From Geosiphon pyriformis uo1 (lineage: Eukaryota; Fungi; Glomeromycota): a stretch of DNA of 64,000 nt. The notes beneath the pieces were generated by a model, which saw nothing but the letters and a program-made list of their open reading frames with translations, had not been told where the DNA came from and made no database searches. The DNA lies in the NCBI GenBank assembly GCA_016748015.1, contig JAAOMT010000176.1:358434-422433 (forward strand), given 5' to 3'. Positions 13,530-25,176 of this stretch are shown here, piece by piece (positions within the stretch are counted from its first letter, which is position 1; the number at the start of each line of letters is the position of its first letter). The position numbers and the translations under genes are program-made.

Positions 13530-15308
13530 AATAAAATTTTGTTTCTTTAATTTTATAATTATAATTAGAGCAAAGAATAAAAAAGCTATATTTATTATTT
13601 TTTTTAAGATATTTAATAAAGTTTCAACTAGAAAAGTTCTTTTTGTTGTAAAAATTGCTAAACAGAACATTTTAAAAGCTTTTTTTTAGCTAATAATAGT
13701 AAAAAGCTGCCTTTGGTAATTGCTAAAGCATTTTTTTTATCTTTAATTAATTTTTTATTAATTAAAGTTTTCTCAAAGAAACACACTTAGATTGGTTTTA
13801 ATGTTGTCTTTATTTTTTTAAAAATTCCAAAATTTTTTAATAATAGACTAGTTAATAAGCTGGTTTTCTCTTTTATAGTTTTTATATTAGGTGTTGCTAG
13901 CATTTTTTTGAAAAAAAATGGTTAAAAAGACTAAAAGTTCAAAAAAATAGGAACAGTTATTTATCTTTACTATTGTTATACTAAACCCCTTTATGGTTCT
14001 TAATAAGATCTTAAATAAAATCTCTATTGTATTATCTAGTACATTGTCCAAGATAGATTAAGATTAATCACTGGCTATATTGTTAAATATAATATTTTTT
14101 GACAGATTATTGTTGGTTTTAAAAGCAAAACAATAGTCTTTTATTAAATCACTTGTTTTTAAAAACTAAGCTAATCAGATAAAAACTAACTGAATTTTTT
14201 TTCTAATTTTTAGTGTTGTTACTGGTAGTGCTTAAAAAATTATCACTATTTGTTAAAGGTTTGCTAAGTAGATAGTCTCTACTTTAGTGTTTGGTGCTAT
14301 TTTTAAGATTAAATTGGTTTATATTAAAACTGTTTTCCAGTTTGTATATGGTTTTTTGAATGTAAAGTTGGTATTAAAAGACAATATAAAGCTTTTCTGT
14401 ATGGAGTTTGGTTTTTAAGAGTCTTTGAAAACTGCCTTTTTAGTTGAGCTTACAAGTTTTGTTTATTTAGCCATTCTTAAAATTGCCAAGTTTTTGGTAA
14501 TTTCTAAGTTTGGTTCTTTTTCTGCTGCTATTATACTGTATAATATGTTTTTGGATATGTTTGTTGCTAATATTAAGACTGTTTTTAGTGTATTTAGTGA
14601 AGTTGTTTATGTTGTGCTAAAGTCTACTAGTGTTTGATAATATATAATTATTTATTTTGATAAACTAAACTTTGTTGTATCTGCTTTGAATTATTAATTA
14701 GTTTTAGTAAACAAAAATAGTATTAAAATTCTCTTCTTAATAAATCAAAATAAAACTATTCTGTCTTATAATAAGTTTAAGGCCAAGTTGGTTAATCTTT
14801 TTTTTGGCTGTACTGTTTTTGAAATTAGTGATATAATTTTTCAGGTTGGTGGTTAGATATGTTTTATTTTTTGCTCTTTTAATTTTGGTCATTGTTTTTG
14901 GTTTTTTCTGGTTATATTTGGATCTTAAGTTGATTTAAATGCTGTAGTTATTAAAACTAATATGTTGAGAAAATATTATATCTGGTAGGAAACTTCTAGA
15001 AATTAGTGCTGCTTTTGATGTTAGAGTTTAAATCATCTGGTTTTAAATTGTAAAGTGTCTCTATCTCTTTTTCTTAAGATTTCCAAGACTTTTATTCCTC
15101 ATATTGTTGATAACAAGTCTTATATTAAAACTACTGCTCTTGTATTTCCTTTGGCTTCTTGTTTTTTGATTGATTTAGTTTTTTCTGCTAATATAATAAC
15201 TAATGATTCTGTAGTTTCTTTTTAATTAATTTTTCTGGAATTTGAATTGGTTAAGTTTTCTGCTCTAGTTAATTTTATTGTTAAGCCAGTTGGTTTCATG
15301 GTTACTAT
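13530..15308 (+). mobile_element. ORF1-only element, copy 3 (decayed, 3'-truncated at an LTR)
   Basis: ORF 14425-14637 (AFLVELTSFVYLAILKIAKFLV) matches copy 2; sequence stops at the LTR starting at 15309. Confidence 0.85.
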
Positions 15309-16007
15309 TGTTACCAGTAAAATTTTAATCATTAATTAGCATGAAATTATTCTTATAATTTTATTATTAATTAGCATACATTAATATAGTTTTAATTATC
15401 ACTTATTACTTAATTAAATTATCAAATATTATTATTTAATTAATAACCCTATTTGTACAAATAGAAATTAGAATGATTAAATTACACAATACTTCAAACT
15501 ATATAATATTCAAGAATTTGCTAAAATTTACTGAAATAATAAATAATTTATTGAAATAGTTAATAGTTTGATAAAATAACTTGTAGTTTAACAAAATATA
15601 TTTTTTGTTTACTGAAATTATAACAAAAAAAAAAGTTCAATTTATAAACTAGTACTATAACAAGTTATATAAAAAAAAAGCTTCTCTTTTCAAGAAAATA
15701 TATCTTATTATAAATATCTTATTTTTTTTAAATTATCTTACAATACAAATTCAAAATAAAAAAATATACTTTGAAAACCAATTCTTGAAATAATTACATT
15801 TGAAATTAATTAGCTACTAATTTCAATAAATTATTAACAATTTTCTTAACAAAATTATATATTTTTTATGTTTTTTTTTTTTTTTTTATTATAATCATTA
15901 GACTAGTCTACAAACAAAATTTTTGTAAAAAAGTTGACTTTTATAGCAAAGTAACTATATATTTTAGTAAGCTTTTATATGAACAATTCTTAGAAAAAAG
16001 TTGACAT
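15309..16007 (+). repeat. Solo LTR family 3, left part (split by element D)
   Basis: Starts TGTTACCAG; homologous to 43417-44352 and to the reverse complement of the element E LTRs; resumes at 26912. Confidence 0.85.
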
Positions 16008-16985
16008 TGTTACCCAAGTAAAAAAACCAAAAAGCTATGAGAAAACGTAACAAAGAAATGTGACAAAAAAAACATGGTACAACTTAAGATAACATAGGAC
16101 AAATGTGAACAATAGCTAGCAATAATGAGCAATAGCTAGCAATAATAAGCAATAGCTAGCAATAATGAGCAATAGCTAGCAATAATAAGCAATAGCTAAC
16201 AATAAAAAGCAATAGGTAGCAATAGTGAAGCAATTGAAAGCAATCTTGTAAAACCAAAAGAATATATAAAAGCAAATAGTTGTAGAAGTTGAAAAGACAA
16301 GTTAATTAGCAATCAATTTTACTCTGTATTATACTTATTATATATTCATAGTTTGAAATATACTAATTATTAAAAACCAAAAAAAAATCCAAATTACCAA
16401 TTCATGTTCTCCAATCTTACAGATTTTAATTGAAAATTAAAATCAGTATTTTCTACCTTGTTCCAGAACAGATGCTATTAGCATAAACACTTTAAACCCT
16501 TAACGATTTGGACCAATTGCTCTTAATTATGACAATTGACAAGAACTAATTCTTTTTTTTTATTTTTTTTTTATTTTTTATTTTTTTATTTTTTTTCTTT
16601 TGTTTGAAACAGCAACATAAAAAAATTGATTGTCTTGGAATAGACTTTATAATAGTCTGGTAAAAGAGGGAAGCTTCCCCTAAGTTTTGGATATTAATGT
16701 TATCTTGGTAGCTTACCAGAAAGGTAAAAAAACAATGCTGGGCCCTAATAACTGTATTTGTTAGTACAGAAAAAAAAGCTTACAATTACAGAAAACATTG
16801 CAATTGATGAAAGACAAACTCTGTGCCTTATAACCAAAGAACTCAATGGATAAATTCACATCCAGGAATAAACCTTCAAAGACTGATAATACTAACACAG
16901 CAAAAAAAGCAGACAATCTTGAAAAGAAACCCAAAAATAGAGCACTAAGCATTACCACCATACCCCACCAAGTTTACCCATAACA
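16008..16985 (+). repeat. 5' LTR of D (family 2) with ~20-bp AGCAATAGCTAGCAATAATG tandem array at ~16108-16245
   Basis: TGTTA...TAACA; direct repeat of 25921-26911. Confidence 0.95.
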
Positions 16986-16987
16986 TT

Positions 16988-17004
16988 TGGTGCTCTCTGT
17001 AAGG
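16988..17004 (+). promoter_or_regulatory. Primer-binding site of D
   Basis: TGGTGCTCTCTGTAAGG, 2 nt after the LTR end. Confidence 0.8.
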
Positions 17005-17046
17005 TTATAAATTCACAGAGACAGAGCACTTCAGAGATACACAAAA

Positions 17047-20000
17047 GTGGCAACTATTAGAACAATAGAAAAGAACCACTCTTTGTATGGAAGAGCACTA
17101 TTTCAATACTTTCAGAAAGATCTAGAAATACCAGCAGAAACCACCATTACAGAAAGTAAATTTTGTACTTACATCAATGCAAAAATCAACTGCTTGTTAG
17201 GCTGTGCAACTGATACAGGAAGATTTGGAGAACAAATCCATCAAAATTTACTAAGATACTCAACAACTATTACTACTCGAGCAATTGCTGAAACACTATG
17301 CATAATCGATATAAACATTAAACACTATGTGACAAAACAATTCCCTTAGGTATAACAACCAGTAGAATCTAATCTAGAGGAATACAAGGATGGATTCAAT
17401 AATCCCACAACTGCCCAAGACAAGTCCATAGTCAACAAAAAACCAAGATTCCTCTCCCCAACAACTCCTTTATATCATCAAACACTTCAAAGTAGAATTG
17501 TATTAAACCCACTCCTGGAAATCCAGTTGGAAACATCATGAACTCCTAAAAATTCACACCCTTGGAGTCAACACAGTTGGATCAAATCACTAAGAGAATA
17601 CAGATTGCTGTTTGAAAATCTTACTCCAACAGCCAGTCAAACAGAAAAAAACACATCAACTTGGAAACAGCCACCAGCACAAAACCCAGCAGAATCAGCA
17701 TCTCTCTTGATGGAAGAAACAACTATCTTACAACCTATTAGTTCAAGCGACAAAGGAAAACAACCAGCATTAGCACTCAGAGAACACTCGAATACACAAA
17801 CACCAATCTTCTTAAACATAACCAGTAACACCTCACTTATTAACCAGATCATAGCCTACTGGAATATTGCTAAATTGGAGAAATTTTTTGGTAAAGAAGA
17901 TAATGCATATTTTTGGATTGTGAATGCTAAGAAAGCAATTACCACTAATAGTTGGGATGACAATTACACAATTCAGGCACTGCCATTTTTTCTGACCAGA
18001 ACTGCCAATTCATGATACCAGAGTTTTGCAGAGAAGCCTACCTTCTTTACAGAGTTTAAACTCACTTTTCTGCAATACTTCTGTGACCCTAATACACTTA
18101 TTCAATTGCAAAATCAATTCAATATAATAAAACAAAATAACCATAAAGCAGTAACTACTTATTTCGGAAGATTCAATCAGGTCTTTTGACAAATCCTAGC
18201 CATTAAGCAGAATTATTATACTACTGCACAAGTTTTCAATTAATTCGTTAAAAGACTAAGAAGCAGCCTTCTAAGATCCATACAATTTTACTATCCAGCA
18301 AATCTACAAAAAGCAGTTACTTTCACTTGTGATTTTGAGTCCACAGAACAAGAAGTGAATTATATCCAAGCTGTTAACTTAGCCATCAATGAAACCTCTA
18401 ACATTGACACAAAGATAATCCAATTAAGTGAAAAATTAACTCAAAAAATTGAGGGATTCTTAGCCAGAACCACAGAAACTTACCAATTACCACAATGGTG
18501 TTACTCATAGAAATATAGGAAATATATTAGCATGATTATTAGCCAATCAGAAATAAGTGTAGTAAAATGTGGAATTCCAGAATTTCTCTCAGGAATTGCA
18601 GGATTCCAAGAATTTCAGGATTTCCCAATGAAGAATTGCAGGATTCCAGAATTCCAGAATTCCTCACATAGAAATTGCAGAATTCCAGGAATTTTAGAAT
18701 TTCTGTCGTGAAGAATCAAGGAATTAAGGAATCTCAATTATGTATATATAGCAGTAGAGTTAGAAACAGAAAAGACAGAATTGATATGACAGAATCCTTA
18801 GCTCAGAAACACAATCATCAAATAAATAATTATTTTATATCACAATCCACTCCTCCCTATCAACATTTCATGTTGATAGTAATTGATACTTAATCATACT
18901 AGAACAATAGCTCTTGATCATGGCTATTGACAAGATACTAACATACCAAATTGCTTTGGCTTATTTTCTCTATTTTTTTTATTTTATTTTCTTTATTTAT
19001 TTTCTTTCTTTCTTTGATTTTGTTGTTGTATACTAATTGATTAAAAGATTAAGTACTGAGTTATTGACATCAAAAATAGCCTGGTAAAAGACCCAGAAAT
19101 AAGGGTAGGATTTTATATATTATCGGATAGCTTACTAGAAAGGCACGACTGCCAGACTAAATCCAGCCACCATGCTGAGAAAGAAATTGGGAAAACTTTT
19201 GGAAAGATACATCTACTATTGACACTATTGAATCTCTGTCTGTTATACAAAGGACTCTATCAAAACCTTCAGATACAACACTTACAAAACATCATCAATG
19301 GAAGTAGCTTTTGAGTACCAAGTTACAGGTTGTTATTTAATTCAACAGCAGAAATAATCACCTATAACAATGGAGAGAAAATAACAACAACAGCAGATAT
19401 CCACAGCAACAGAACCATCAACAACAGCAACAACTTTGGAGATCCAATTCCCACAACTGTTACTACTGTCAGAAACCTAAACACATTGTCCATAACTGCA
19501 GAAAGAAAATAATAAACCAAAATCAAGGAAATCAATACCAGCAACCAAGATATTAGCAAAACATGATATTCCAATATTCTATCCCTTAAAATCAACCACC
19601 CCAATATGCACAACAAGTCCTGTATACTCAATCATTACTCCAGAATTATTATCAACTATCACCAATGACACAAACAATTCCTCATTATCAAACTCCCCCT
19701 TACAGCCAGTCCAAACCTCAAGCCATAGACTATAATTAAGAATGGAGGAATTCCAACAACAATTAGGCACAAACCAACAATGGACCATTTCGACCAATCT
19801 CTTACAGTCTTGCTCAATTTCGACCAGCACCAACTGAATACCTGAATCAAGCTTCCTATTTCAGTCTTATGGAAAACCAGGGTTTTGATAAATCTACACC
19901 TGTGGAAGGAAGGGGTGTAAAACAAATCTTCCAACCTTTCAAGCAAACAAAAAACAATATTCCACCAGCCACTATTACCGAGGATACCACCCTAGCTGCT

Positions 20001-23000
20001 ATATTTCCTTTTGACATTGATAATTTGAACACCCATAGTCTTTTTAGTAGAGCAGCCATCAATCAGAATAAACCAATAATGATCCTATATACTGATATTA
20101 AAGTTGGAGAAATAGATATCAAATTAATTCTGGATAGTGGATCAGCTAGTAGCATAATCATAAAGCAGCTCATGGACCAACTAGGTCACTGAGTAGACCA
20201 TGCTGCTATCATCTGAATCATTACAGTGAATAGAAACACAAAAACTCCAATAGGAGAAATTGACAACTTCTCCTTCAAGATTAATGGAATCCAGATTCTT
20301 ATCAAAGTTCTTGTTATAGAAGCTACTCAATATCAAGCTCTGGTAAAAAATGATTGGTTGTCAAAAGCCAATGCTACTCTTAACTGGAACATCCAAGAAC
20401 TTCAACTCATATTTAACAGATAGTATACTTAAGTCCCAGCTATGTGCAGACACTTTAAAACCCAACATAACAAGAAATCCCTTATTGAATTCAAAGACAT
20501 ACCACTACCACCAGCCATCAAGATTTATCAGGTTTTATGGACAGATAATTATTGAACTAAACTACCCTCATCACCAACCTGAGAAGAAAAAGGAAAAAGC
20601 AGAGCCAAAAAAAAACCCCAATTGTCATTACTAGGATACATAACCTTGAACCAAAAAAATTTATTTTTCCAACCTCTAAAACTAATATGTATCAATTGTG
20701 GAAAGAAGCTATCTACAATGAGTGCATATATTGAGAACAACAAAGAATGGCCTACCACCACCAAATACTACTGCAGATCTTGTTTACTGAAAAAATTTGG
20801 ACAACCGAAATGATAAGGCAAGTAGGACAACATGCTGTGCTTTGCATGTAGTGAGATCCTGTCTGATGAAGGACTCTGAAATGATGTGCTTGGCAGAGGA
20901 AAAACATACGATAAAACTTGTCAGTACACTATATTAATCAATGATTGGATACAAAAAAAAACTCCCATCAAGAATGCTTGAAAACAAGTACTTAATAGGC
21001 TGGACAGTTATCCACATGATGATCACAAAATCTGGAGAATAGCAAGTGCCAAAGCCAAAGGCATCATACCTGAAAAAATATGAGAAATTAAGGACAACCC
21101 TTAGACACCTGAATATAATAGACCTGACTACTCTGTAGATAATTTTGTCACAGATGACTCCAATGCATTTCAGAACTAATATCAAGAATTGGCTCTGACC
21201 CAAAAAGAGCAAAAACAACAGCTAGTTAATCTAAATATCAAACTATGCAACCACTGCTTAATTTCTTGCCATTTCCAATACTATGACAAGTATAATTTCA
21301 TGTTCAATCCACCTTCCAGAATCCTATACCCGATTACTGAATTACCTAAGCCCAGGGAAGAAAAGGAATTACTCACCAAGGACATGTTATTTCAAGAGCT
21401 GAATCAGACTACCAAAATAAAACAATATCTTACATATCCTGATCTCTCCAAAGAATTAGAATTAAAATAATACAGTAACAATGATGAAGGAATATACTTA
21501 GAAAGAACACATAAGACCAACACAGGTTTTGACTTAAGATATTCTGGACAATCACCCATAGTTATAGTCCCATATTCTTTGGTAAAAATAGATCTCAAAA
21601 TAGCATTAGAAATTCCTGTTAGCATTATGGTACAAGTAGTATTTAGATCAAGCCTTGCAAAGAAAAAAATCAATGTAAAAGGAGGAATTATTAATGCTAA
21701 ATATACAGAAAACATCATTATAATGCTACAGAACAATTCAGACAAATCCTACAAGATCAAATCTCACAAAAAAATCACCCAAGCCATCTTCCTACCTTTA
21801 GTCAAAATACCCCAACTAATTTCAGTTACCACCCAAAAAGAATTAGACTTTATTGCCTGAGAAATTAATGAGTTTGGGTCAAGTAGAATAGAGAATGTAA
21901 TGGTCAATTTTACAGAGGAGGATAGTAAACAGGTAGAATTTATCTACATCAACACTATCATTTCTATCCTTCTTTATTGGCAGTACATTTTCAAAGTTAA
22001 CTGGAGAATTCAGAACTAAGCACTAATCTTTAAGACTGATTTCAAGATCTGCTTGCTAGCCAACATTGCTAATCTGTACTTATCAGCCAAAGCTCATAAA
22101 CACTTCAAAATTCCCATCCACAATCTGACTGAAAATGTTATTAAAATTCCTAAGAGAACTCTCGTTGGTTTCATATCTTCAAATATTTAGAATCCAGAAA
22201 AACTCCAGCTTATTCCAGATTTCACTCAATTGTTTTTGTTCTGTGATATTACCTCACAAGTATAGAGCCTGCCAAAAAAAAGTTATTTGTTCACACCAGA
22301 AAAAATCAATAAACTCAATTTGGGAAACCTGAGTACTTTACAGCAAATACAACTTAAGATTCTATTAAACCAATACACTAATGTCTTTGTCAGCAAAAAT
22401 GAGTTTGAACACACTGACATCATGAAACACCAGATTGACACCGGAGATGCTTGACCTATTAAGCAGTGAGCTTACCAAGTACCCCTATTTGGCGATAATC
22501 TAATTAAACAAGAAGTACAACAAATGCTTGAAAATGGACTGATTAAAGAATCATTAAGCCCTTGGTCCTCTCCTGTGGTCTTAGTCACAAAGAAAAATAG
22601 AAAGATATGATTTTGTGTGGATTACTGAAAATTAAATAGTGTTATCTGAGAAGATAGCTATCCCATTCCTTTTATCCAAGAAATCTTAGACAACTTAGGA
22701 AAGAAGAAATGGTTCTCATCACTAGACCTAGCCAGTAGATATTGGCAAGTCGAAATGAACTTAAAAGACAAAGGGAAAACAGCATTCACCACCTGAAACA
22801 GAAATTTTGAATTCAATGTAATGTTTTTTGGACTGTGCAATGCTCCTGCTACTTTCCAACGTCTTATGGATGTCATGTATAAAGGAATCTTGTGGAAATC
22901 AGTCATAGTATACTTGGATGACATAAATGTCTTTTCAGAAACATTCAATGAATATTTGCTCCATTTGCAACAAGTCTTCAAACACTTTCGAGATGTTGGA

Positions 23001-23714
23001 TTGAAACTCAACCCTAATAAATACTTCTTTAGGAAAACTGAGCTGAAATTATTAAGACACGTGATCAGCAAAGACAGAATAAAACCTGATTCAGATAAAA
23101 TCCAAAAGGTCAAGGATTTTCCAGCCCCAATCAACTTACAAGAACTATAAAGATTTTTAAGATTGGCTGAATACTACTGTCAATTCATCAAAGGATTCTT
23201 AACTATCACAAAACTCCTCCATCACTTGTTGTTCAAATATATGCCATACCTATAGAAAAAAGAGCAACAAAAGGTCTTTGACTATCTTAAACAGCAATTA
23301 ATCACATCTCCAATACTAATCTATTTCAACTTTACTAAACAATTTATTGTTATTACAGATGCATCAAAAAATGCACTAAAAGCTGTATTATTACAAATAG
23401 AACCAGACAAAAGAGAACATTTAATTGTCTACACCAGTTGCAGTATCAGCTCAGCAGAAAAAATATATAGCACAATGGATTTGAAATGCCTTGTCATTTA
23501 TTGGGCCGTACAAACATGGAAATACTACCTTAGGCAACCATTTGACCTATATACCAATCATAAAGGACTCATCTGATTATTCAATAACCCACAGCTGGAA
23601 GAAAAATATGCAAGATGAAGTACTTATCTGCAACAATTCTCACTCAAAGTTCATTACAAAGAAGGATTCAAGAACACCAATGCTAATAGTTTGTCAAGGA
23701 TGTCACAAACCTAA
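17047..23714 (+). pseudogene. gag-protease-Cys-rich-dUTPase-RT-RNase H polyprotein of D (interrupted by a solo LTR)
   Basis: gag IAKLEKF; CCHC CYYCQKPKHIVHNC at ~19457; protease LILDSGSAS at ~20125; dUTPase GFDLRY/RSSLAKK/GGII at ~21480-21890; RT VYLDDINVF in 22821-23150; RNase H TDASK...NANSLSRMSQT then TAA at 23712-23714. Confidence 0.9.
18499..19369 (+). repeat. Solo LTR family 1 (GAATTCC-repeat type) inserted in gag of D
   Basis: TGTTA...TAACA with perfect TSD ATGG (18495-18498, 19370-19373). Confidence 0.93.
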
Positions 23715-23724
23715 TCTTGAATTC

Positions 23725-25092
23725 ATGGACACACTTACTTATTAGTGATTACATCAGTACCTATTGACACTACATTTCAAGGAGATATTATTTCAACAGG
23801 AACAAAATACCATACAGAAACAAGCACAAAATTATTTTATTCAAAATAACCAACTCTATTGTCAAGAACAATGAAACCACACCACCCCACAATGATTGAT
23901 CAAAGATAGTGAAAAAGAAACTATATTATATAGTATGCATTTCGACCCAACTATAGGACATTTCAACAAAGACACGACTTTGGAAAGAACAACAAATCTA
24001 TACTATTGACTTATGATGTATAAGGATATTTTCAAATATGTTCACAATTGTGACTCATGTCAATGAAAAGAAAGAGCCAAGATAATAAAACCATTTCAAC
24101 TCATTCCAGTTGGAAATCTATTTGATAGAATTGGGATCAATTTGGTTGGTTCTCTCTTGATTACATCCAAAAGAAATTGTTACATTACTGTAGCCATAGA
24201 CTACCTTATAAAATGGCCAAAAGACAGAGCAATCCAAGTAGCTGATGCCAAAACAGTAACCAAATTCATACACCAAGATTTAATATGCAAACATAGATGT
24301 CCAAAAAAACTGTTATCAGACCAAAGAACACATTTTGTCAATACTATGTTAATTGAATTGAGTCAACATTTTGGTATAAAATGTCCTCTATCATTACCAT
24401 ATCACCCACAAACAAATAGACTGGTAGAACAGTTTAACAGGACATTATGTAAAGCATTAGCAAAAATAAGTTATGAAAACAAACAAGAATAGAACTTATT
24501 CATACTTTCTGTACTCTTTACATATCAAACATTAAAGCAAAATACAACTCAGTTTACATCATTCGAATTAGTCTATGAAAGAAAAGCAACATTATCTATT
24601 GAATGAAAAATAGCATCCTACTCAACAAAAACTATCAATGAAAAAAATTTTGAAGATATCTTATGCCAAAGAATATATTAGCTAATAGAAACATTAGAAA
24701 ACAATCATAAAATAGCAGCTGACAATATTAGTAATGCTCAAGAATAACAAAAAAAAAAACATTATGATCACCTATTTGAATAACTAATGGAATTTAAGAT
24801 TGGAGACCAAGTACTATTACATTGTATAAAAGCAGAAAAACAATAGAGTAGAAAGTTTGACCCAAAGTAGGATGACTCATTCCATATACATAAAGCTTTA
24901 GGAAATAGAGCTTACAAATTATGATTGGAAGACAGAATTTTAAAAAAAGTAGCTCATGAGAATTGATTAAAAATTTATCATGCAAAACAACAGTCATTGT
25001 TATCAGTATATTAACTAGGAACACAAATTTTATTAATCAGACCAGAAGATATATCACAAGATCTGGAACCAATTATTGTCATCAAAACGTAG
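23725..25092 (+). pseudogene. Integrase ORF of D (HHCC, DDE core, C-terminal domain)
   Basis: Own ATG at 23725 in frame with ORF 24142-24492 (AIDYLIKWP, LLSDQRTHF, YHPQTNRLVE); H..GHF..CDSC zinc finger; ends LEPIIVIKT-stop. Confidence 0.88.
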
Positions 25093-25176
25093 ACAACACA
25101 TAACAAATTAAATTGGGAAATTCAAGTATATATACCATCCAGAAAACAATGAGAAAATGATAGAATCTTTTTTAAC

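Noticed and set aside
16108-16245. Regular short repeats resembling a CRISPR array (also 26020-26175 and 4860-5050)
   Set aside because: No unique spacers, no cas genes, eukaryotic context; these are tandem arrays within LTR U3 regions.
16650-16745. Possible hairpin or hammerhead ribozyme (CTGGT/ACCAG helix) in LTRs
   Set aside because: The conserved loop B strands of the hairpin ribozyme and the CTGANGA/GAAA hammerhead core are not present; kept only as an unassigned structure.
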